Source: Chlamydiales bacterium (GTDB lineage: Bacteria > Chlamydiota > Chlamydiia > Chlamydiales > Criblamydiaceae). Taken from it: 24,000 nt of DNA. Below the pieces are notes generated by a model. It was not told the DNA's origin. It made no database searches and saw only the letters and a program-made list of their open reading frames with translations. The stretch covers positions 46,106 through 70,105 of the forward strand of contig JACKPN010000008.1 in the NCBI GenBank assembly GCA_024233575.1. The letters are read 5' to 3'. Positions 8,463 to 17,553 of the stretch are shown here, piece by piece (positions within the stretch are counted from its first letter, which is position 1; every line of letters begins with the position of its first letter). The position numbers and the translations under genes were made by a program.

Positions 8463-9584
8463 ATGATAGACCGAGGCAAAAACCTAATGATCGGCATCTT
8501 TGTGATCGCCGCGGTTACAATCGTGATCTTTATCTTATTATTTCTCCACCCCACTGTCGGCGATGACGGCAAAATTCTTCGCGTACGTTTTGCCAATATC
8601 GATAAGGTAAATATCGGCACCCGTGTTACTTTCGGAGGAAAACCTGTAGGTGAGGTTGTCAATATCGAAGAGGTCATCGAAGAGCCTAACCCGCGCTTAC
8701 CCCACAAGGGACAAGTCTATGTGTACCAACTGGATCTGCAAGTTGATTCAAGCGTCGATGTCTACAATTCAGATGATGTCTCGCTGCGCACCTCAGGCCT
8801 TCTCGGTGAAAAATCTGTGAACATCACTCCCCTACCTCCTAAGGCAGGGGTCAAGCTGCGTCTTGTCAACGACGAGATCATCTACGCTGACGAATCGGGA
8901 TCGGTTGAAGAAACGTTCAAAGAGTTTAAAGAACTGTCTGATAAATTTGAAGAAGCTCTCGACATCCTGATTGATGCGCTCCATCAAGCTAAAGAAGAGA
9001 ATCTTGTAGGCAAAATCGCCAGCACTTTTGCCAACTTAAGTGAAATTACAGAAGCGATCAACAAGCCTGAAGAGCTAGGACAAATCGTGGATAATGCTCG
9101 CGACATCACCAAAAGCGGTAAAACAGTATTGGCGCAAGTTGAAGAAGGTAAAGGGACTATAGGCAAGCTCGTGATGAGCGATGATCTCTATCTTCGGCTG
9201 ACTTCGATCTTCAACAAGGGCGAAACCGTCATGAACGATATCAACCATTACGGTGTCCTATTTCATTTAGACAAAAACTGGCAACGATTGAGGGCCAGAA
9301 GGTTAAACCTCTTAGCAAAACTGCGTACTCCTCAGGAATTCCGTAATTACTTTAACGACGAAATGGATCAAATCGCCACTTCCCTTTCTCGTGTAGGTAT
9401 GATATTAGGTAAAGATGAGTGCCAAAGTGGCTGCAGCATCATTTACAACTGCGAGTTCAGCAAAGCTTTTGCTGAACTGCTGCGACGCGTGGAAGGCGTA
9501 GAAGAGTCCCTGAAAATGTATAATACGCAGTTGAACGATTGCAAAGTCAGAGAAACTGAGTTTTGCGACCCTCTCTGCGAATAG
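8463..9584 (+). CDS. mlaD: MCE-domain (MlaD-like) substrate-binding protein with a long helical, Cys-rich C-terminal extension
   Basis: N-terminal TM helix ([21 protein letters not shown]) and an MCE domain ([32 protein letters not shown]...[17 protein letters not shown]). A GAGGAG SD lies upstream. The protein is 373 aa, versus about 180 aa for a minimal MlaD. Confidence 0.8.
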   Translation: MIDRGKNLMIGIFVIAAVTIVIFILLFLHPTVGDDGKILRVRFANIDKVNIGTRVTFGGKPVGEVVNIEEVIEEPNPRLPHKGQVYVYQLDLQVDSSVDVYNSDDVSLRTSGLLGEKSVNITPLPPKAGVKLRLVNDEIIYADESGSVEETFKEFKELSDKFEEALDILIDALHQAKEENLVGKIASTFANLSEITEAINKPEELGQIVDNARDITKSGKTVLAQVEEGKGTIGKLVMSDDLYLRLTSIFNKGETVMNDINHYGVLFHLDKNWQRLRARRLNLLAKLRTPQEFRNYFNDEMDQIATSLSRVGMILGKDECQSGCSIIYNCEFSKAFAELLRRVEGVEESLKMYNTQLNDCKVRETEFCDPLCE

Positions 9585-9594
9585 AAGGAAGCCG

Positions 9595-10164
9595 ATGGAA
9601 AACATCCCCTATGCACAACTTCAAAAGGGAACTTTCTTAATCGCAACCCCGGATATTGACAGTGGGATTTTCCATCGTGGGGTTGTCCTTCTCTGCGAAC
9701 ATAATCCTAATGGATCTTTCGGCATCGTCGTCAATAAGACTCTGTCGCTCGACCTTCCTGAAGAGATCATCAATGTCGAAAATCTAGCAAATCCCAATGT
9801 AAGCATCCGTGCCGGCGGTCCTGTTCAAACCAATCAGATGATGCTTCTTCACACGTCGAATAATATCCCTACGCAAACGTTGGAAGTGTGCGATGGAGTT
9901 TATCTAGGCGGAGATCTGCAATTTCTGCAAGAGTCGATCACTGACGCAAACGGTCCTGATATGCAGCTTTGTTTTGGCTATTCGGGTTGGGGAGCGGGTC
10001 AATTGGAGCGAGAGTTCCTCGACGGACATTGGTTTCTATATCCGGCCTCGGCAAAAATGCTATTCCAAATACCTCCGGAAAAATTATGGCAACATCTACT
10101 TCTCCAGATGGGTGGTAAATACGCTTCCATTTCTATGATTCCTGAGGATCTTAGCTTAAATTGA
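9595..10164 (+). CDS. yqgE: YqgE/AlgH-family protein (UPF0301/DUF179)
   Basis: 189 aa. The family-typical layout is [23 protein letters not shown] ... AGGPVQ ... [12 protein letters not shown]. An AAGGAAG SD lies upstream, 10 nt after the mlaD stop. Confidence 0.75.
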   Translation: MENIPYAQLQKGTFLIATPDIDSGIFHRGVVLLCEHNPNGSFGIVVNKTLSLDLPEEIINVENLANPNVSIRAGGPVQTNQMMLLHTSNNIPTQTLEVCDGVYLGGDLQFLQESITDANGPDMQLCFGYSGWGAGQLEREFLDGHWFLYPASAKMLFQIPPEKLWQHLLLQMGGKYASISMIPEDLSLN

Positions 10165-10170
10165 AAAGGC

Positions 10171-10188
10171 TGGCGGCGGATGCCGCCA
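10171..10188. terminator. Hairpin between convergent yqgE and rpsI (candidate terminator, better on the minus strand)
   Basis: tggcggc-ggat-gccgcca forms a 7-bp GC-rich stem with a 4-nt loop. On the minus strand it is followed by CCTTTTC. It lies in the 29-nt gap between the two stop codons. Confidence 0.5.
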
Positions 10189-10193
10189 AACCA

Positions 10194-10592
10194 TTAACGT
10201 TTAGAGAACTGGTAGCTTCTGCGAGCTCCGCGAAGACCGTATTTCTTACGCTCTTTCTTACGAGAGTCGCGCGTCAGCATGCCTTCGTCTTTGAAATCAT
10301 GACGTAGATCTTCGTTTAACTTAACGAGTGCGCGGGCGATGCCCAGGCGTACTGCGCCGGCTTGCCCCTCAGGACCGCCGCCTTTAACGCGAATCACGAT
10401 GTCATGAGAACGGATGCCGTCAATTTTAGCAAACGGCTCCATAATAAAATGTCTTTGAATTTCTTGAGGAAAATACTCTTCAAAGGTTCGGTCATTGATG
10501 GTGACCTTTCCCTCGCCTGCTCTGATGCGAACTGAGGCGACTGCGGTTTTACGTCTTCCGGTTCCGATATGTTCTTCCAAGGGACTCTCCAA
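10194..10592 (-). CDS. rpsI: 30S ribosomal protein S9
   Basis: GTGRRKTAVASVRIRAG ... LTRDSRKKERKKYGLRGARRSYQFSKR has the classic S9 C-terminus. The start is a TTG 4 nt after the rplM stop, so the start is uncertain. Confidence 0.9.
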   Translation of the reverse strand: MESPLEEHIGTGRRKTAVASVRIRAGEGKVTINDRTFEEYFPQEIQRHFIMEPFAKIDGIRSHDIVIRVKGGGPEGQAGAVRLGIARALVKLNEDLRHDFKDEGMLTRDSRKKERKKYGLRGARRSYQFSKR

Positions 10593-10596
10593 AAAA

Positions 10597-11049
10597 TTAA
10601 ATATTTACTTTAACGGGTTGCTGAGCTGCCATATTATGCTCTTCGCCAGCAAAAATGCGCAGACGCTTTAGCTGTGCTTTGCCAAGGCGTGTCTTAGGCA
10701 TCATTCCTTTTACGGCGTGCTCAAGGATGTACTCCGGTTTCTTTTTCATCATGGTGCGGTATGGGATCTCACGCATGCTGCCGACAAATCCGCTATGCTT
10801 GCGATAGATCTTTTGTGCTTCTTTATTGCCGCTTACTTCCACCTTGTCGGCGTTGATGATGATCACGCCATCTCCGCTATCGGTGTCTGGAGTGAAAGTA
10901 GGCTTATGTTTGCCTCGCAGGATTTTAGCGATCTCAGAAGCCAGGCGGCCAACGGTCTTGCCGCTTGCGTCCAAAAGGATCCAGCTATCTTTGCTCTTCG
11001 CTTTGTTAAACCTGAAGGATTGTTGAAATTTCGCTTTCTCTTGCATCAT
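10597..11049 (-). CDS. rplM: 50S ribosomal protein L13
   Basis: WILLDASGKTVGRLASEIAKILRGKHKPTFTP...GDGVIIINADKV...HAVKGMMPKTRLG is the canonical L13 sequence. It sits directly upstream of rpsI. Confidence 0.92.
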   Translation of the reverse strand: MMQEKAKFQQSFRFNKAKSKDSWILLDASGKTVGRLASEIAKILRGKHKPTFTPDTDSGDGVIIINADKVEVSGNKEAQKIYRKHSGFVGSMREIPYRTMMKKKPEYILEHAVKGMMPKTRLGKAQLKRLRIFAGEEHNMAAQQPVKVNI

Positions 11050-11260
11050 TGTGAGACCTTAATTTTGCTCTTAATATCCATAATAAGCCACTATCATACC
11101 TTTTTTAGACCATTTTTGCCAATACTTTTATAGCTTAATCCGATACCTGCCAACCGAAATGAACAAAAACAACAGCTTCACGGATGTATAATAAATTATT
11201 TAATCGTCACATTTTCTAGAGAACCTAAACCTTAGAAAGGGTAATTATTCACCATACCCC

Positions 11261-11290
11261 TTGAAAATTGCTGTTCATATCGTCTACAAT
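11261..11290 (+). promoter_or_regulatory. Candidate sigma70-type promoter of miaB
   Basis: TTGAAA (11261-11266), an 18-nt spacer, then TACAAT (11285-11290). A GGAGA SD lies at 11306-11310, 6 nt before the ATG at 11317. The site is in an AT-rich divergent intergenic region. Confidence 0.45.
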
Positions 11291-11316
11291 CGTTCTTTTT
11301 TTAGCGGAGAATCACC

Positions 11317-12639
11317 ATGAAAAAACCAAAAACGTTTTACGTAAAGACATACGGCTGCCAAATGAACGAGCTCGATTCAGAAGTGATGGTAGGCATGCTG
11401 GAGCAAAGAGGCATGAACCGGGTTGCCGAAGAGACCGATGCCGATCTTCTTATTTTCAATACTTGCTCCGTGCGCGACTTGGCAGAGCGTAAAGCTATGG
11501 GTAAAATCGGAAGGCTGGGTCGTTCTCCTAAGAAAAAGCACATCATCGGCGTTACCGGGTGCATGGCCAATGCAAAAAAGGAAAGTTTATTCAAAAAGCT
11601 GCCGAATGTTGACTTTGTTCTAGGCACCAACAATATTCAGGATCTTAACCATGTCCTTGATGACGTTCTCGCAACAGGAAAAACAGCGCTCCGCGTCGAC
11701 CAGAAGTTCGAGCACGAAATCGATTATCTTAGTGCGACGCGCGAAGACAAAGTCAAAGCGCACATTTCGATCATTCGAGGCTGCGACAAGTTCTGTACAT
11801 ACTGCGTTGTTCCTTATACCCGCGGTCCAGAAGTATCCCGTTCTCCGGAGGATATCGTCGAAGAGGTTCAGCGTCTTGCCGATAATGGATATCGTGAAAT
11901 CACCGTCCTTGGTCAGAATGTCAATAGCTATGGCAAAGACAAGCCCGAATGGAACTGCCTATTCCACGATCTACTTTATCGTTTGGACAAGATTTCCGGC
12001 ATCGACCGCATCCGCTTCATGACAAGCCATCCGATCGATATCTCTCGCGAGCTCATGGAAGCTGTCCGCGATTTGCCATCGCTTTGCGAATTTGTCCACT
12101 TTCCAGTGCAGGCAGGCTCTAGCCGTATACTGCGCAAGATGCACAGAATCTACACTCTTGAGCAGTATATGGAAAAAGTGCATATGTTCCGAGAGATTGT
12201 TCCCAATGTCGCTTTGGGAACGGATATTATCGTCGGCTTTCCTACTGAGACTGAGGAAGAGTTTCAGATGACCTACGATGTCCTAAAAGAAATTGAATAC
12301 TCTGTCGCTTTCCTTTTTGCATATAGTCCAAGAAAAGGCACGCCAGCAATGCGCTGGAAAGATGATATCGCCCACGAGGTTAAGCAGGAACGTTTACATC
12401 GTCTTATGGAACTTCAGGAAGGAATTTATCAAAAGCAGCGCCAGGCAATGATTGGCAGCGAAGTCGAGGTGTTAGTCGAGAAAGTCAGCATCAAAAATGA
12501 CAAGATGTTAAAAGGACGCTCTCCCTGCTGGAAGAACGTCCTATTTGAAGGCGACCCTTCGCTGATTGGAACCCTTCAAAGGATCAAAGTTCACAGCTTC
12601 ACCAATCAGTCGCTGATTGGCACAATCTGTCCTAGTTAG
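11317..12639 (+). CDS. miaB: tRNA-2-methylthio-N6-dimethylallyladenosine synthase (radical-SAM methylthiotransferase MiaB)
   Basis: N-terminal KTYGCQMNELDSE...FNTCSVR, radical-SAM CDKFCTYCVVPYTRG and a C-terminal TRAM-like domain. 440 aa. Confidence 0.88.
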   Translation: MKKPKTFYVKTYGCQMNELDSEVMVGMLEQRGMNRVAEETDADLLIFNTCSVRDLAERKAMGKIGRLGRSPKKKHIIGVTGCMANAKKESLFKKLPNVDFVLGTNNIQDLNHVLDDVLATGKTALRVDQKFEHEIDYLSATREDKVKAHISIIRGCDKFCTYCVVPYTRGPEVSRSPEDIVEEVQRLADNGYREITVLGQNVNSYGKDKPEWNCLFHDLLYRLDKISGIDRIRFMTSHPIDISRELMEAVRDLPSLCEFVHFPVQAGSSRILRKMHRIYTLEQYMEKVHMFREIVPNVALGTDIIVGFPTETEEEFQMTYDVLKEIEYSVAFLFAYSPRKGTPAMRWKDDIAHEVKQERLHRLMELQEGIYQKQRQAMIGSEVEVLVEKVSIKNDKMLKGRSPCWKNVLFEGDPSLIGTLQRIKVHSFTNQSLIGTICPS

Positions 12640-13168
12640 CGACGATCACACCGCAGGCGAGGCGCTTGCCTGCATTCCCTGTAGGCTGAGTAACATAATC
12701 GTCGGCATCAGCATGGACAATCACTGATTTGCCGATGATCGAGTCTGGACCTGTTAAACTGATGACGGTGTCTACGCGTTCGTACTTTGCATTACCGGTA
12801 GAGTCCGCAATGACATTGCCTAAGTCGCCAACATGCCGTACTGATGAGTCGGGGCCGCCATGCATTTCATCCGTAGGATTATAGTGACCTCCTGCCGACG
12901 ACCCATCAGGCGCGGAACAGTCGCCGAATTCGTGAATATGAAATCCATGTTCTCCTGGCGTAAGACCTGAAATTTCTGCAATAATTTGAACGCCGTCTTC
13001 AAGCTGGGTAAAAGTCACCATTCCTTTGACTTCGTTTCCTTCAGTAGGGTTCAAGATCGCAACAGCAGTACGCGCGTCGGCTTTTGGGCTTTCTTCAGGT
13101 CCTGACCGACAGGATGAACAAGCCAAAGCAGCAGCAATTACCGGTAAAATAAAAAAATAGCGTAACAT
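12632..13168 (-). CDS. sodC: Periplasmic Cu,Zn superoxide dismutase with signal peptide (possible lipoprotein)
   Basis: Both Cu/Zn-SOD signatures are present: GFHIHEFGDCS and GNAGKRLACGVI. The N-terminus MLRYFFILPVIAAALAC is followed by Cys. A GGAGG SD lies 7 nt upstream of the ATG. Confidence 0.9.
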   Translation of the reverse strand: MLRYFFILPVIAAALACSSCRSGPEESPKADARTAVAILNPTEGNEVKGMVTFTQLEDGVQIIAEISGLTPGEHGFHIHEFGDCSAPDGSSAGGHYNPTDEMHGGPDSSVRHVGDLGNVIADSTGNAKYERVDTVISLTGPDSIIGKSVIVHADADDYVTQPTGNAGKRLACGVIVAN

Positions 13169-13211
13169 ATGATTACCTCCTTAAAAGAGATTAACCGAAT
13201 GAAATAAATAT

Positions 13212-15227
<2,016 letters not shown>

Positions 15228-16214
15228 CTACTTCTGAAATCGGTCGAAGTATAGCGTGCCGCCGGCTGTCAACTCAAGAGGATCGTCAATTTTTTTCCAA
15301 ATTCTTTTCTGAAGACGGTATGATTTTACTTCCTTGGGCAGGCATAGGGTGATTTTCTTTGTTGCATCAGGAGTGATCATCATGCGGCGGAGCGCTTTTT
15401 TCGACCATTCGAGAGACACTTTTCCAAGCCCCTGTATGTGGAGGTCTACAAGCCTTCCGCAATGGAACTCCGGAGGCAGGACGGGCAAGATTTCCAATCT
15501 TTCATGATCGAAGCGGATAAAAAGCCTTTCGATTATCTGTGCTCCTTGCGCAACAATGGCAAGAGGTTCTTTTGCCGGAGGTAGGTGAAAGCCATGGTAA
15601 TCATCATCGAATGCTCTTGGGGAAAATGCCGGTGCAATCCCTGATAGATAAAGCTGATTGAATGCGCTAACAACCTCTAACGGTCCAGCTTGGGCGCATT
15701 GTTGTAGAAGAGTACCTTCTGCAGATGTTTCGATACCACTGTAGTAGCTGCCGTACAAATACCAATATGGCAGGATTTCACTCATATCTTTTCGGCATCG
15801 GATCTGATCCCATTCCTGCGCTTTGTTACAGCCTAGAGAAAGAAGAGGCAGCGGCTTTGTAGGAGGCATCTGATCGCCATAGGCATATCCTCCGTCCACC
15901 ACGGTCAGAGCATCGCCAAGATATTTCCAGTTACCTTTATCTATACGGATAAGAAACCCCTTACCCAGCAATATCTGAAGGTAATAGCAGCTGCTGAATA
16001 TGGTAATCTTTCCGCTATGCAGGTCTGTTTGCACTGTAAAGCGCTCGATTTGACTAACAGGTTCATGACTTAGGTGTCCCAAGTCCGTTCCGTCAATATG
16101 ACGAATCTCTATACGTGTAGGGAAAACTTTAAAAACATAGGGTGTTCCGGGAAGAAGATGAGAATATCCAGGGGTGTGGGTAAATGGGCGATAGCGCTGT
16201 CTTACTGTTATCAT
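15228..16214 (-). CDS. Hypothetical protein (328 aa), function unknown
   Basis: Long clean ORF. Its ATG overlaps the mtaB stop (ATGA at 16211-16214) and its stop is 9 nt upstream of the ligA ATG. I recognise no catalytic motif. Confidence 0.7.
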   Translation of the reverse strand: MITVRQRYRPFTHTPGYSHLLPGTPYVFKVFPTRIEIRHIDGTDLGHLSHEPVSQIERFTVQTDLHSGKITIFSSCYYLQILLGKGFLIRIDKGNWKYLGDALTVVDGGYAYGDQMPPTKPLPLLSLGCNKAQEWDQIRCRKDMSEILPYWYLYGSYYSGIETSAEGTLLQQCAQAGPLEVVSAFNQLYLSGIAPAFSPRAFDDDYHGFHLPPAKEPLAIVAQGAQIIERLFIRFDHERLEILPVLPPEFHCGRLVDLHIQGLGKVSLEWSKKALRRMMITPDATKKITLCLPKEVKSYRLQKRIWKKIDDPLELTAGGTLYFDRFQK

Positions 16215-17488
16215 GCGATCACTTCTCCAATAAAACCGTCCGGCGCGTTTTCTTTTAATTTAACATTGATGAGTTCATTAGGACGTCGCCCCTCTCGCGG
16301 GATCCATACAGGAAGGAAATTGTCGGTATGTCCGCTTATCTCTTCTGGGCGGGAACGATCGCCAGATTCAGTTAGGATTGTCATTTCGCGGCCGATGAAC
16401 TGTTCTCGCAGCGAGAATGCTTCTTTTTCTGAATGGCGCATCACCTCTTGCTTGCGGCGGCGAATGACATCTGGATGCACCTTATTAGGCATGAGCGCCG
16501 ACTTGGTTCTCGGGCGGTCGCTGTAGGGAAACATGTGGACCTTGGCAAACTGAGCTCTTTTTATCGCATCGAGCGTGTCGCGATGATCCGCTTCCGTTTC
16601 TCCCGGGAAGCCGACGATAAGATCGGTAGTAAACGTAAAATCCGGACAGGCTGAGCGCATGCGCTCGACGGTATCGAAGAAGATCTGCCTCGTATATTTT
16701 CTGTTCATCCGCTTAAGGACAACATTAGATCCTGACTGAAGAACGATGTGCATCGACTTACAAGTGTGTTTACCGTTTAAGATGGCATCAGCGAGGTCAT
16801 CATCGACCTCATCCGGATCTATCGACGACAGGCGCAGTCTTCTGAGACCTGGTACGGCATCAACAGAACGCATCAAGTCAGCCAAGGTTTTAGGAGCGTC
16901 AGGGCAGTTTCCATCGAAGTCGCCAACATTGATGCCGGTGATGACCACTTCTTTGTATCCATTCTCAACGAGAGTTTGAACTTCCTGCACTATTTCTTCG
17001 ATAGTCCGCGAACGTGAGCGTCCGCGCACATAAGGGATGATGCAGTAGCTGCAGAAGGAATTGCAGCCATCTTGCACTTTAACAAAAGCGCGAGTGTGTG
17101 CTTCGAATCGCTTAATGGAGAATTCCGGGTATTTTTCTTCGGGGAAGGCTTGCTCAAGAAGCTTTTCTTTCTCCTTATTGGGGACGACAAGATCCACTCC
17201 TTCGAGCTGTGCGATCGCATCCGGCTGCCGGTCTGCCGAACATCCCGTCACGACCAGTTTAGCTTTTGGGTAACGCTTGGCCAGCTGACGAATCTGGTGG
17301 CGGCTGCTGGCGTCAGCAGATTCAGTGACAGTGCAAGTATTGACAATGCAAATTTCAGGCACATCATCTTCTTGGGCTTGGGAATAACCCATGGCGGCAA
17401 GCTGATCCTGATATGCTTGCGATTCGTACTGATTGGTGCGACAGCCCAATGTGACAATTTTAAAAGATTTTCTTTGTTTTTGCGGCAT
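16211..17488 (-). CDS. mtaB: MtaB-like radical-SAM methylthiotransferase (tRNA ms2t6A type)
   Basis: KIVTLGCRTNQYES...VNTCTVTE is the MtaB-type N-terminus, as opposed to the MiaB or RimO types. The radical-SAM motif is CNSFCSYCIIPYVRG. I chose the ATG at 17488 over the track's TTG at 17509 because the candidate promoter would place the TSS near 17515. Confidence 0.8.
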   Translation of the reverse strand: MPQKQRKSFKIVTLGCRTNQYESQAYQDQLAAMGYSQAQEDDVPEICIVNTCTVTESADASSRHQIRQLAKRYPKAKLVVTGCSADRQPDAIAQLEGVDLVVPNKEKEKLLEQAFPEEKYPEFSIKRFEAHTRAFVKVQDGCNSFCSYCIIPYVRGRSRSRTIEEIVQEVQTLVENGYKEVVITGINVGDFDGNCPDAPKTLADLMRSVDAVPGLRRLRLSSIDPDEVDDDLADAILNGKHTCKSMHIVLQSGSNVVLKRMNRKYTRQIFFDTVERMRSACPDFTFTTDLIVGFPGETEADHRDTLDAIKRAQFAKVHMFPYSDRPRTKSALMPNKVHPDVIRRRKQEVMRHSEKEAFSLREQFIGREMTILTESGDRSRPEEISGHTDNFLPVWIPREGRRPNELINVKLKENAPDGFIGEVIA

Positions 17489-17521
17489 ACTTAATCGGGA
17501 ATCTCTCAATAATTCTGCAAA

Positions 17522-17550
17522 ATTTTAGCATATTGTATTGAAAGAAACAA
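17522..17550 (-). promoter_or_regulatory. Candidate promoter of the mtaB-orf328-ligA-sodC operon
   Basis: On the minus strand: TTGTTT (17550-17545), a 17-nt spacer, then TAAAAT (17527-17522). An overlapping alternative is TTGCAT, 18 nt, then TACAAT (17537-17532). Both lie in the 65-nt gap after the stop of the 1497-aa ORF. Confidence 0.4.
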
Positions 17551-17553
17551 CGC

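Noticed and set aside
10717-11133. 138-aa plus-strand ORF overlapping rplM and its upstream region
   Set aside because: It is antisense to L13. It would have to start inside the ribosomal gene and has no SD.
11050-11260. Promoter for rplM-rpsI in the divergent intergenic region (for example TTGGCA ... TATAAA on the minus strand)
   Set aside because: The spacer lengths (15 nt) or -10 quality are poor for every candidate I could find. A promoter must exist there, but I cannot place it.
16074-17494. Plus-strand ORFs of 150 aa and 140 aa overlapping orf328 and mtaB
   Set aside because: They are shadow ORFs opposite well-supported minus-strand genes.
17489-17509. TTG start for mtaB at 17509, and likewise the GTG start for mlaF at 7665
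   Set aside because: ATG codons at 17488 and 7677 fit better with the candidate promoter position and the TAATG stop/start coupling. The residual uncertainty is noted in the features.
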